Assembly (NCBI GenBank): GCA_964372395.1
Contig: CAYJQV010000004.1
Location: 2,984-66,983, forward strand
DNA length: 64,000 nucleotides
Reading direction: 5' to 3'
From: an uncultured Planctomycetia bacterium
GTDB taxonomy: Bacteria > Omnitrophota > Gorgyraeia > 1-14-0-20-64-10
Every line of letters begins with the position of its first letter. Within the stretch, counting starts at the first letter, position 1. Positions 41,530-50,191 of the stretch are shown piece after piece. A program made the translations under genes and the position numbers. A model generated the notes under the pieces. That model did not search any database. It had not been told where the DNA came from and saw only the letters and a program-made list of their open reading frames with translations.

Positions 41530-42546
41530 ATGAGTAGATCCGCTTCGAGAATCTTCCCGGGGTTCGTTCTTGCGCTGCTCATCGGGCTTTGCCCGGAGGG
41601 CTTCCCGAACGTTCCGGTGCGTTCCTTCCGGCTGACGTATGAGGTGAGCCTGCCCGCCATCCCGAACGAGGCGGGTGAGCTGAAGATCTGGGTTCCGCTG
41701 AGCCGGTCCGACGAGATTCAGAGGATCCGGTGGCGGGTGATCCAGGTCCCCTATGCCTACCGGCTGACGAAAGACCCGCAGTACGGCAACGAGATCCTCT
41801 TCCTGGATCTGAAGCGGCCGCTCCCGCCGGCCCTGGATCTGGCGATCCATTACGACGCGGAGGTCCGGGAGGTTCGGCCGGCGATGGAGAGGGCGGAGCC
41901 GTTCATCCCCGACGAGGTCCGCCGCCGGCTGGCCCTTCATCTCGAATCGAATCAGCTCATGGTGGTGGACGACGGGGTTCGGGAGCTGGCCCGGTCGGTG
42001 ACGGCCCATGCGGGCACACCGGCGGAGAAGGCCAGGGCGATCTTCCAGTACGTCATCGAGCGGATGCGCTACGAGAAGGAGACGCCCGGCTGGGGTCAGG
42101 GCGATACCCTGCGGGCCTGCGCGGTCGGGGCGGGCAACTGCACCGATTTCCATTCCCTCTTCATCTCGCTGGCGCGGGCCTCCGGCATCCCGGCCCGGTT
42201 TGCGATCGGCCTGCCGGTGCCGCAGAAGCCGGAGGGGGAGATCCCGGGGTATCACTGCTGGGCGGAGTTCTTCCTGCCGGGTGCCGGCTGGGTTCCGGTG
42301 GATGCGTCAGAGGCCTGGAAGGACCCGCAGCGCACGGATTACTTCTTCGGCACGTACGACCCGAATCGGCTGACGGTGAGTCTCGGGCGGGACGTCCAGC
42401 TCGAGCCGAAGCCGGCCTCCAGCGATTTCATCAACATCTTCTTCTTCCCTTATGTGGAGTTGGACGGGATGCCGTTGGAGAAGGGGCGGTTTCAGACGAG
42501 GTTTCGGTTCCGCGATTTGAACAGCAGAGGAGGCGTTGATGCGTAG
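41530..42546 (+). CDS. transglutaminase-like cysteine protease domain protein (secreted)
   Basis: Signal peptide. ...GAGNCTDFHSLF...H...D... is the Cys-His-Asp core. Confidence 0.7.
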   Translation: MSRSASRIFPGFVLALLIGLCPEGFPNVPVRSFRLTYEVSLPAIPNEAGELKIWVPLSRSDEIQRIRWRVIQVPYAYRLTKDPQYGNEILFLDLKRPLPPALDLAIHYDAEVREVRPAMERAEPFIPDEVRRRLALHLESNQLMVVDDGVRELARSVTAHAGTPAEKARAIFQYVIERMRYEKETPGWGQGDTLRACAVGAGNCTDFHSLFISLARASGIPARFAIGLPVPQKPEGEIPGYHCWAEFFLPGAGWVPVDASEAWKDPQRTDYFFGTYDPNRLTVSLGRDVQLEPKPASSDFINIFFFPYVELDGMPLEKGRFQTRFRFRDLNSRGGVDA

Positions 42547-42763
42547 AGCGCGTTGGATGACTGCGGCGGTGGTTTCGAGCGTCGCGGGGCTTGCCCTGAT
42601 CGGTTGCCAGAGGCAGCAGCCGGCGGGCAAGGGCAAGGAGCACGGCGGCAAGGAGCATGCGGGCGCGGCGCTGAAGGAGCACGGCGGCAAGGAGCACGGC
42701 GGGGCCGCGGTGGCCAAGGAGCACGGCGGCAAGGAGCACGGCGGGGCGACCGTCACGAATTAG
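42536..42763 (+). CDS. small lipoprotein with six KEHGG(A) repeats
   Basis: Lipobox LIGC. Repeats KEHGGKEHAG / KEHGGKEHGG x3. Confidence 0.55.
   Translation: MMRRARWMTAAVVSSVAGLALIGCQRQQPAGKGKEHGGKEHAGAALKEHGGKEHGGAAVAKEHGGKEHGGATVTN
42625..42750. repeat. tandem ~15-bp repeats (aaggagcacggcggc) encoding the KEHGG units
   Basis: Direct inspection of the sequence. Confidence 0.6.
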
Positions 42764-42778
42764 GAAGGAGGAATCAAG

Positions 42779-43189
42779 GTGACGAAAGGCATGAGCACGG
42801 TCCTCTTTGCCGCGTTCGCGATCCTGTCGTTGGCGGGCTCCTCTTTGGGCGCCGAGCCGACGGCGGAGGAGCTGCGGCAGACGATCCGGGATTACATCCA
42901 GTCGCAGGAGCAGCAGACAGGGGCGTTTATCATCCCTGATCCCAAGCAGAAGGGGCTGCTGCGCACCCTGTCCCTCATCCGGGTCCATGAGCGGGTCGGC
43001 AAAACAGGCGATTACTACTACTCCTGCACCGACATGAAGGATCTGAAGAGCCAGGACGAGCTGGACCTGGATTTCGACGTCTCCGACACGGGCGGGAAAC
43101 TTGCGGTCGTTGCGGTGAGGATCCACAAGGACAACGGGAACCCCCGCTACACGTACGACTCGAACGACAACCTCATCCCGCTGGAGTAG
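42779..43189 (+). CDS. secreted hypothetical protein
   Basis: Signal peptide MSTVLFAAFAILSLAGSSLGA. No recognisable domain. Confidence 0.45.
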   Translation: MTKGMSTVLFAAFAILSLAGSSLGAEPTAEELRQTIRDYIQSQEQQTGAFIIPDPKQKGLLRTLSLIRVHERVGKTGDYYYSCTDMKDLKSQDELDLDFDVSDTGGKLAVVAVRIHKDNGNPRYTYDSNDNLIPLE

Positions 43190-43334
43190 TCGGGCAAGTC
43201 CCCCAGGCATCGGCGGACAGCAGCCCCTGATTCTCCAGGTCTGCCTGACCGAGGCCGAGATCCATCGGGATTTCATCCTTGCCCTGAAGCGCCGGAGGCT
43301 CACGGAGCGGTTCTTCTACTGGTTCCCCGCCTCC

Positions 43335-44168
43335 GTGCGGGCTTGGTTGCGGCTTTGCAGTTCCAGGCGGTATAAGAATGCGGCCCGCTCGCGGCAGCTT
43401 TGCGAGCGGGCCGCTTCTTTTCTGGTCCCGCGCCTGCGGGCCGGCCCCGCGCAGTGGGTCGCCCTCGGCGTGGGGCAGGGGGAGAAGGAGATGCTTTTCC
43501 TGCGGCCTCTGGCGCCTCGGCAGAGGATCGAGTACGTACCGTGGGACACCAGTCAGACTCTCCTCGAAATGGCCGGCCGGCGCGCTCTGGGCTGCGGGCT
43601 TTCCGTTTGGGCCATGAAGGCGGACCTGGAGCAGGAGTCGCACTGGAAAGCCGTTCCGGCCGCTCCGCGTGGGAGCCGGAGGGTCCTCTCGGTTTTCGGG
43701 AACAGCCTGGGGGCCGTGAGGCTGGATCGGTTGCTCACCCGCGCCAGCCAGCTCCTTCACCGCGGAGACTGGTTCCTGGTGGACGGGGAGCTCCATGCCG
43801 GAGAGGCAACGCTCGCCGGCTACGATCATCCGGTCAACCGCGCCTTTGCCTTTGCGCCGCTTGAGGCGGCCGGATTCTCGCGGGCCGACGGGGAGCTTCG
43901 CTTCACGCTGCGCGCCCCGAGCGGCGGCTCGCCGCTGGGGCGGCTGGAGAAGCAGTTTGACCTGAAGAGACCGGTCGCCCTGCGCCTGGGCGGGGAGATG
44001 CTCCGGTTCCGGAGGGGAGATCGGATCCGGATGAGTCCTTCCGACAAGTGCGACCTCGAGGCCATGACGGCGCGGCTCGGGCAGGACCGGCTGTTTCAAG
44101 TCGAGGAGCGGCTCCTCTCGTCGGATCGGAGGTTCGCCCTCTGGATCCTGCGCAGGAGCGGCCGGTGA
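43335..44168 (+). CDS. EgtD-like (Methyltransf_33) SAM-dependent methyltransferase, N-terminally short or disrupted
   Basis: ...WVALGVGQGEKEMLFL... (compare ELGSGTSEKT), ...RIEYVPWDTS... (compare FIPFDVD), ...LSVFGNSLGAV... (compare FLGSTIGN). The upstream in-frame region still encodes an EgtD-like N-terminus but has no canonical start codon. Confidence 0.45.
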   Translation: MRAWLRLCSSRRYKNAARSRQLCERAASFLVPRLRAGPAQWVALGVGQGEKEMLFLRPLAPRQRIEYVPWDTSQTLLEMAGRRALGCGLSVWAMKADLEQESHWKAVPAAPRGSRRVLSVFGNSLGAVRLDRLLTRASQLLHRGDWFLVDGELHAGEATLAGYDHPVNRAFAFAPLEAAGFSRADGELRFTLRAPSGGSPLGRLEKQFDLKRPVALRLGGEMLRFRRGDRIRMSPSDKCDLEAMTARLGQDRLFQVEERLLSSDRRFALWILRRSGR

Positions 44169-44836
44169 AGGAGACCGCGCAGGCCTACGACCGGCTGGCG
44201 GCCGTTTACGACGAGCGGTGGCGGCACTATCTGGACGAGACCTTGGACTGGGTCTCGAGGCACGTGGAGGCCCGCTGGCCGCTCCGCCTGCTGGACGTCG
44301 GGTGCGGCACCGGCGAGCTCATCCGGCGGCTCAAGACCCACATGCGGGAGACGTTCTTCGTCGGGCTGGACCCTTCCGCCGGGATGCTGGGCCGGGCGGA
44401 TCTGAAGTTCCCGGAGGGGGAAGGCCGCACGGCGCTGGTGCAGGCTACCGCTGACAGGATCCCTTTGAAGGACGGCTCCTTCGACTGGGTCGCCTGCGTC
44501 AACAGCCTGCACTGCTTCGCAGAACCCGAGCGGGCGACCATGGAGATGGCGCGCGTCTTGAGGCCGGAAGGGAAGCTCCTTCTCATTGACTGGAGCGGGG
44601 AGTCGTGGCTGTGCCGGCTGCTGGACGCCTGGTGCCGCCGGTTCGATCCGGCCCATGTCCGGATGTACCGGCCGGACGAGGCGAAGGAGATGCTGGAGCG
44701 GGCCGGGCTTTCCCTGCTGGCGATTGAGAACTTCCGGGTGGGCGGGCCGGCCGGCCTTCGCCTGTGGGAGATGATGTCGCTGACGGCGGTCAAGCCGGCC
44801 TCCGGGCTGCCCGCGTCAAGCGGGTTGGCCGCGTGA
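44165..44836 (+). CDS. class I SAM-dependent methyltransferase (Methyltransf_11/25-like)
   Basis: GTGA overlap with the upstream stop. [11 protein letters not shown] motif I. Confidence 0.7.
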   Translation: MKETAQAYDRLAAVYDERWRHYLDETLDWVSRHVEARWPLRLLDVGCGTGELIRRLKTHMRETFFVGLDPSAGMLGRADLKFPEGEGRTALVQATADRIPLKDGSFDWVACVNSLHCFAEPERATMEMARVLRPEGKLLLIDWSGESWLCRLLDAWCRRFDPAHVRMYRPDEAKEMLERAGLSLLAIENFRVGGPAGLRLWEMMSLTAVKPASGLPASSGLAA

Positions 44837-44840
44837 CCTG

Positions 44841-44880
44841 TTCCCCCGGAGGTCAGACCCCCAGGGGGACAGGTCCCTTA
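44841..44880. repeat. degenerate copy D of the palindromic repeat (GGTCAGACCCCC-AGGGGGACAGGTCCC)
   Basis: Intergenic. Partial match to the GGGGTCAGACCC family. Confidence 0.4.
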
Positions 44881-44970
44881 TTTGTGGTAGCATGGGCGCT
44901 GGCGGCGGCGTGGCTGGCCCTCTTCGTCGCGGGCGGGCCGGACGCAGAGGCGGCAGGGACCTCGCCCAGG

Positions 44971-47109
44971 ATGAAACGAGACGCTCCACCCCACACCAAT
45001 CGGCTGATCCGGGAAAAATCCCCCTATCTCCTCCAGCACGCGGACAACCCTGTGGACTGGTACCCCTGGGGGGAGGAGGCCTTCGAGAAGGCCCGCCGGG
45101 AGGAGAAGCCGATCTTTCTCTCCATCGGCTACTCCACCTGTCACTGGTGCCACGTCATGGAGCGGGAATCATTCGAGGATCCGGAGGTGGCCTCCATCCT
45201 GAACGAGCATTTTGTCTCCATCAAGGTGGACCGGGAGGAGCGGCCGGACGTGGACAGCCTCTACATGCAGTCGGTCATCGAGATCACCGGGCAGGGGGGC
45301 TGGCCGCTGTCGGTCTTCCTGACGCCGGAGCTCAAGCCGTTCTACGGAGGGACCTACTTCCCGCCGGAGGACCGCTGGGGCCAGCCGGGCTTCAAGAGAC
45401 TTCTGCTCGGCCTGGCCGACGCCTGGAAGAAACAGCGGGACCAGATCCTCGACTCCAGCGAGCGGCTGGTCCGGCTGCTCCGGGAGGGGGAGGGATCGCT
45501 CGGTTCGGGTGAGCTTCTCCTTTCGGAAGAGGTCCTGCGCACCGCCTACCGGCTCTTCGAGGCCACCTTCGATGAGCGGTTCGGCGGCTTCGGCTCGGCG
45601 CCCAAGTTTCCGTCGGCCCACAACCTCTCGTTCCTGCTCCGGTATTGGAAGCGGTCCCGGCAGGAGCGCGCGCTCGAGATGGTGGAGGCGACCCTCGAGG
45701 CGATGGCGGCGGGCGGGATCTTCGATCAGCTCGGAGGCGGCTTCCACCGCTACTCCACCGACGCCCAGTGGCGGATCCCCCATTTTGAGAAGATGCTCTA
45801 CGACCAGGCGATCCTCTCCCGCGCCTATCTGGAGGCGCATCAGGCAGCGGGGAAGGAGGCGTACGGCGCGGTGGCCCGCCGGATCTTCGACTACGTCCTT
45901 CAGGATCTGACCGGGCCGGAAGGGGCCTTTTATTCAGCGGAGGACGCCGACAGCGAGGAACCCGCGACGGCGCCCTCGGCACCAAGTGCCAAGCCGGTAC
46001 CTGGTACCGAAAAGAAGGAAGGGGCCTTCTATCTCTGGACGGAGAAGGAGATCGAGGAGCTTCTGGGTCCTGAGCGGGCGAAGACTTTCAGGGCCGCCTA
46101 CGGCGTGACGCGCGGCGGCAATGCGCTGAGTGACCCCACAGGGGAGCTGCGCGGAAAGAACGTCCTGTACCTCGCCCGCCCTGCCGGAGAGATGCCGGAG
46201 CTGGCGCGGGAGAAGGAGATCCTCCTGGCGGCGCGCCTTCGCAGGCCGAGGCCGCACCGGGATGACAAGGTTCTGACCGACTGGAATGGCCTCATGATCT
46301 CCAGTCTCGCCTTCGGCTCGCGTGTCCTGGCTGAGCCGCGGTACCGGGAGGCGGCGGAAAGGGCGGCACAGTTCATCCTGGCCCGGCTGATCCGGGAGGA
46401 CGGCCGGCTCCTCCACCGCTGGCGGGATGGGGAGGCGGCCATCCTGGGGACCCTCGAGGATTACGCCTTCCTGATCCACGGCCTCGTGGATCTCTACGAG
46501 GCGACCTTCGAGGCGGTCTACCTCGCGCAGGCCAAGCGGCTGACCGGGGAGATGGTGCGCCTCTTCTGGGATGAATCTCAGGGCGGTTTCTTCCTCGCCG
46601 GCTCCGACGCGGAGCTGCTGCCGGTCCGCCAGAAGCGGTTCTCCGACGGGGCGATCCCCTCAGGGCACTCCATCGCGGTGCTCGATCTGGTCCGGGTGGG
46701 GCGGCTCACCATGCAGCGGGACTGGGAGGCAAGGGCGGAGCAGGTGCTGCGGTCTCTGCTCGAGAAATCGTCAGCGCCGGAATCGGCCCGGCACCCGGGT
46801 GCTTTCCCCCAGATCCTGGCCGCGCTCGATTTCCTGCTGGGCCCCTCGATGGAAATCGTGATCGCCGGAGCCCCGGAGGACCCGGCGACCGGAAAGATGA
46901 TCCGGGCGGTCTGGGAGAGATTCATCCCCAACCGGGTGGTCGTCTTCCATCCGCCCGGCCCGGCCGGCGAGGCGATCGAGAAGGTGGTCCCCTTCGTGGA
47001 AGGCCAAGTTGCCCAGGAGGGCAAGCCGACCGCCTACGTCTGCCGGAACTACGCCTGCGACCTGCCGGTGACCAGCGTGGAGAAGCTCCATGAGCAGCTC
47101 GAGCGATAG
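44971..47109 (+). CDS. thioredoxin-domain protein of the DUF255/YyaL family (N-terminal Trx-like domain + six-hairpin glycosidase-like domain)
   Basis: ...[29 protein letters not shown]...STCHWCHVM... is the hallmark of this family. An alternative GTG at 44884 would add a signal-peptide-like extension. Confidence 0.8.
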   Translation: MKRDAPPHTNRLIREKSPYLLQHADNPVDWYPWGEEAFEKARREEKPIFLSIGYSTCHWCHVMERESFEDPEVASILNEHFVSIKVDREERPDVDSLYMQSVIEITGQGGWPLSVFLTPELKPFYGGTYFPPEDRWGQPGFKRLLLGLADAWKKQRDQILDSSERLVRLLREGEGSLGSGELLLSEEVLRTAYRLFEATFDERFGGFGSAPKFPSAHNLSFLLRYWKRSRQERALEMVEATLEAMAAGGIFDQLGGGFHRYSTDAQWRIPHFEKMLYDQAILSRAYLEAHQAAGKEAYGAVARRIFDYVLQDLTGPEGAFYSAEDADSEEPATAPSAPSAKPVPGTEKKEGAFYLWTEKEIEELLGPERAKTFRAAYGVTRGGNALSDPTGELRGKNVLYLARPAGEMPELAREKEILLAARLRRPRPHRDDKVLTDWNGLMISSLAFGSRVLAEPRYREAAERAAQFILARLIREDGRLLHRWRDGEAAILGTLEDYAFLIHGLVDLYEATFEAVYLAQAKRLTGEMVRLFWDESQGGFFLAGSDAELLPVRQKRFSDGAIPSGHSIAVLDLVRVGRLTMQRDWEARAEQVLRSLLEKSSAPESARHPGAFPQILAALDFLLGPSMEIVIAGAPEDPATGKMIRAVWERFIPNRVVVFHPPGPAGEAIEKVVPFVEGQVAQEGKPTAYVCRNYACDLPVTSVEKLHEQLER

Positions 47110-49678
47110 GGACGCTCGGACCGTTCCGGCTTCCGGCGTCCATCTTCCCAGAATGTTCCGCTGGCAAGCGGAGGAGATCTTCTTTTTCCTGGACCCTGAA
47201 TCCCCCCACTGGATCGCCACCGATGCGCGGGCGGCCAGGATCATCGGCTGGCTGGAGGAGGGCTTGACCGGCGAGCCGCTCCTTCATCGCTACGCCCAGG
47301 CCGAGGGGCTTGCGGTGGAGAAGGCCTGGCTGCACCTGCACGACTTCACAGGGGCGCTGTTGCGCTGCGGGTTCGCTCAAACCCAACCGGCCCAGCCGAA
47401 GCCTTACCTCGGCCGGGCCGCTTACGCCGCTGCCGGCGCCTTGCGGGAGCTCTGGCTCCACACGAACAACATCTGCAACCTGAGCTGCACCCATTGCCTG
47501 GTGGACTCCGCCCCATGGGTGAAGGACTGGGGCCTTCCGACGCCGCAGATCCCCGAGCTGGTGGACGAGGCGGCGGCCCTCGGTGCGGACCGGTTCTATC
47601 TGACCGGCGGGGAGCCGTTCATGAGGAAGGATCTGGGCCGGATCCTCAGCCACATCACCGAGCGCCGGAAGGCGGAGGCGATCGTGCTCACCAACGCGAT
47701 GCTGCTCAAGGGAGAGCGCGGCGGGGAGCTGAAACGCCTGCCGAGGGAGCGTCTGCGGTTTCAGGTGAGTCTGGATGGGGCGACTCCTGCAACCAACGAC
47801 CGGATCCGGGGCGTCGGCTCCTTCGAGCGGACGCTGGAAGGCCTTCGCTGGCTCAACGCCCACGGCTTTGAAACCTCTCTGACCACCGTGGTGACCCGAG
47901 CCAACCTGCAGGAGCTGCCGGGGCTGGCCCGCCTCTGCCGGCAGGCGGGCGGCCGGGTGCAGCACCTCATGTGGGCTCATCGCCGGGGCCGGATCCTCTC
48001 CGGGACGGCAGCGGACGATTTCCCAACGGCGGAGGAGCTGGCCGCGGCGGTCCGCCGGGTCCGGCGCGTCGCGGAAGAGGAGGGTGTCGCGCTGGACAAC
48101 TGGGAGACGGTCAAGCAGCGGGTCAACGGCCCCCCCGGGGTCAAGTACGATCTGGGCAACGCCTGCTGGGATTCCCTCTGCATCTATTCCGACGGGACGG
48201 TGTACCCCTCCGCGGCGCTGGCCAATTTTCCGCCGCTCGCGCTGGGCTCCCTGCAAGGATCCGGCCGGGAACCGGGCCGCAAGCCCGACCGGCTCGCCGA
48301 GATCTGGCAGAATTCACCGGTCGCCCGGACGTTCCGCCGGATGAGCCTGGTGGACAAGCAAACCCTGGCGGAGGATCCTTTCCGGTTCCTCACCGGAGGG
48401 GGGGACATCGAGCACTCCTTCTGGTTCAACCTCAACGGCGAATCCCCCGCGGCTCCCATCGCCCCGGAGCGGCTCCGCCGGATCCTGGCGGGGCCGGATC
48501 CCTACCATCCGCTCTACGTCGCGCTCATGAAGGATGCGATGGCCGAGATCGCCCGCCGCCAGCGCGATTCGATCAACCGCCGCTCCGGCTACGATGTGCC
48601 GCGGATCCTCCATGCCATGGGGCAGGGGGCGATCCACTGCGCCACGGAGGATCTGGCGGTGACCGAGGAGGTGGATGTCCGGACGCTCCATTCCAACTGC
48701 GTCCTGGCATTCGACGTGGACAAGCCCCGGCGGCTGGTGCGCGAGTACTACGGAAAGGCCGCTTTAAAACCGGTGGCGGAGCTCTGCTGTCCGACGAAGT
48801 TCGATCCATCCCTCGTCGGGCACATCCCCCAGGAGGTGGTGGATCGGTTCTACGGCTGCGGCTCGCCGGTCACCCTGGCGGGGCTCCGGCCGGGCGAGAC
48901 GCTGGTCGACCTGGGCTCGGGCGCCGGGATTGACTGCTTCATCGCGGCCAAGCTCGCGGGGCCGACCGGCAAAGCGATCGGCATCGATATGACCGATGAG
49001 ATGCTCAAGGTGGCCAATGCGAATCGGCCTGTGGTCGCCGCCAACCTCGGCTACGACGTCGTCGAGTTCCGCAGCGGGTACCTCGAGCAGGTGCCGGTGG
49101 AATCCAAGTTTGCGGATGTGGTCACCTCCAACTGTGTGGTCAACCTCTCGCCGGACAAGCCGAAGGTCTTCGCCGAGATTTGGAGGATCCTGAAGGACAA
49201 CGGCCGGATGGTGGTGGCCGACATCGTCTCCGACCGGCCGGTGCCGGCCCGCCTGAAGGTCAATCCCCAGCTCTGGGGCGAGTGCACGGTGGGCGCCCTC
49301 ACCGAGGCGGAATTCCTGGCTGGGTTGGAGGAGGCCGGCTTCTACGGCCTGTCTGTCTTGAAGAAGAGCTACTGGAAGGCGATCGAGGGCTACGACTTTT
49401 ATTCGGTGACGGTGCTGGGGTTCAAGTTCGAGAAGACGTCCGGCTGCCGCTTCATCGGTCAGCGGGCGATCTACCTCGGCCCCTTCAAGTCGGCCATGGA
49501 CGAGGAAGGGCATCTCTTCCCCCGCAACGAGCCGGTGGAGGTCTGCACCGACACCGCCGCCAAGCTGGCCAAGCCCCCATACGCCGGCAGATTCATCGTC
49601 ATTGCGAGCCCCGGCCCTTCCGCCGTTGCGGGCCCCGAAGGGGCGAAGCAATCTGCGTGCGGCCCCGGCTGCTGCTAA
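47090..49678 (+). CDS. fusion protein: radical SAM / SPASM-like domain (ArsS-like) + arsenite S-adenosylmethionine methyltransferase (ArsM)
   Basis: CNLSCTHC (CxxxCxxC) radical SAM cluster. ...[14 protein letters not shown]... auxiliary-cluster-like Cys. C-terminal half has ...ELCCPTKF...[52 protein letters not shown]...SNCVVNL...WGECTVGA... with all ArsM catalytic cysteines. An alternative start ATG lies at 47153. Confidence 0.75.
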   Translation: MSSSSDRDARTVPASGVHLPRMFRWQAEEIFFFLDPESPHWIATDARAARIIGWLEEGLTGEPLLHRYAQAEGLAVEKAWLHLHDFTGALLRCGFAQTQPAQPKPYLGRAAYAAAGALRELWLHTNNICNLSCTHCLVDSAPWVKDWGLPTPQIPELVDEAAALGADRFYLTGGEPFMRKDLGRILSHITERRKAEAIVLTNAMLLKGERGGELKRLPRERLRFQVSLDGATPATNDRIRGVGSFERTLEGLRWLNAHGFETSLTTVVTRANLQELPGLARLCRQAGGRVQHLMWAHRRGRILSGTAADDFPTAEELAAAVRRVRRVAEEEGVALDNWETVKQRVNGPPGVKYDLGNACWDSLCIYSDGTVYPSAALANFPPLALGSLQGSGREPGRKPDRLAEIWQNSPVARTFRRMSLVDKQTLAEDPFRFLTGGGDIEHSFWFNLNGESPAAPIAPERLRRILAGPDPYHPLYVALMKDAMAEIARRQRDSINRRSGYDVPRILHAMGQGAIHCATEDLAVTEEVDVRTLHSNCVLAFDVDKPRRLVREYYGKAALKPVAELCCPTKFDPSLVGHIPQEVVDRFYGCGSPVTLAGLRPGETLVDLGSGAGIDCFIAAKLAGPTGKAIGIDMTDEMLKVANANRPVVAANLGYDVVEFRSGYLEQVPVESKFADVVTSNCVVNLSPDKPKVFAEIWRILKDNGRMVVADIVSDRPVPARLKVNPQLWGECTVGALTEAEFLAGLEEAGFYGLSVLKKSYWKAIEGYDFYSVTVLGFKFEKTSGCRFIGQRAIYLGPFKSAMDEEGHLFPRNEPVEVCTDTAAKLAKPPYAGRFIVIASPGPSAVAGPEGAKQSACGPGCC

Positions 49679-49709
49679 AAGACTCCTTTTGCAATCACAA
49701 AAACCGCTA

Positions 49710-49742
49710 GGCCGATTGAGAAATCGGCCATACTTTATGTTT
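49710..49742 (+). terminator. candidate intrinsic terminator / hairpin (GGCCGATT-gaga-AATCGGCC + T-rich tail)
   Basis: 8-bp perfect stem followed by atactttatgttt. Sits in the AT-rich gap after the rSAM-ArsM gene. Confidence 0.35.
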
Positions 49743-49767
49743 AGACGGAGCAGAAGGAGGGAAGAGC

Positions 49768-50106
49768 ATGGCACGCAACCGATCTTGGATGCTCGTTGTG
49801 ATCTTGACGGGGATGGTGGCACTCGCCTCGGCGGGGGTCTCCTCTGCGGAGGAGGCGACCGCCTGGAACAAGCTGCAGCGGGGCGCGGTCAACACGACCA
49901 CCGGATGGCTGGAGATGATGGTTCAGCCGGTCGAGGGAGCGAAGGCCGAGTCCCCCTTCATGGGGGTGGTCACCGGCTTTGGGAAGGGGATCCTGCTGGG
50001 ACTGCAGCGGACCGGCCTGGGACTGGCGGACAGCCTCTCCTTTCCGGTCGGGCCGTACGATCGGCCCGCCATGGAGCCGGAGACCCTCTTCGGCCCGGTC
50101 AAGTAA
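49768..50106 (+). CDS. exosortase system-associated protein, TIGR04073 family
   Basis: 112 aa, signal peptide. ...GAVNTTTGWLEMM... is the family core. Confidence 0.6.
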   Translation: MARNRSWMLVVILTGMVALASAGVSSAEEATAWNKLQRGAVNTTTGWLEMMVQPVEGAKAESPFMGVVTGFGKGILLGLQRTGLGLADSLSFPVGPYDRPAMEPETLFGPVK

Positions 50107-50139
50107 GCTTAGTCGGCGTATCCGTCGTTTCAGCGGCAC

Positions 50140-50178
50140 GGGGTCAGACCCTCAAGGGGTCTGACCCCGTTTTTTCGG
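50140..50178 (+). terminator. Rho-independent terminator formed by palindromic repeat copy E (GGGGTCAGACCC-tcaa-GGGGTCTGACCCC + GTTTTTTCGG)
   Basis: Perfect 12-bp stem, 4-nt loop and a U-run. Confidence 0.8.
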
Positions 50179-50191
50179 TAGGCCAGCCAGC

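Noticed and set aside
47090-47152. Alternative later start (ATG 47153, [12 protein letters not shown]...) for the rSAM-ArsM fusion
   Set aside because: Not rejected outright. The earlier start was kept because it is translationally coupled to the upstream gene, but the first 21 codons are Ser/Arg-rich and may not be translated.
21466-50178. Possibility that the GGGGTCAGACCC repeats are a CRISPR array
   Set aside because: Units are only 12-13 bp, the copies are palindromic partners rather than direct repeats with unique spacers, they are scattered over 29 kb, and there are no cas genes.
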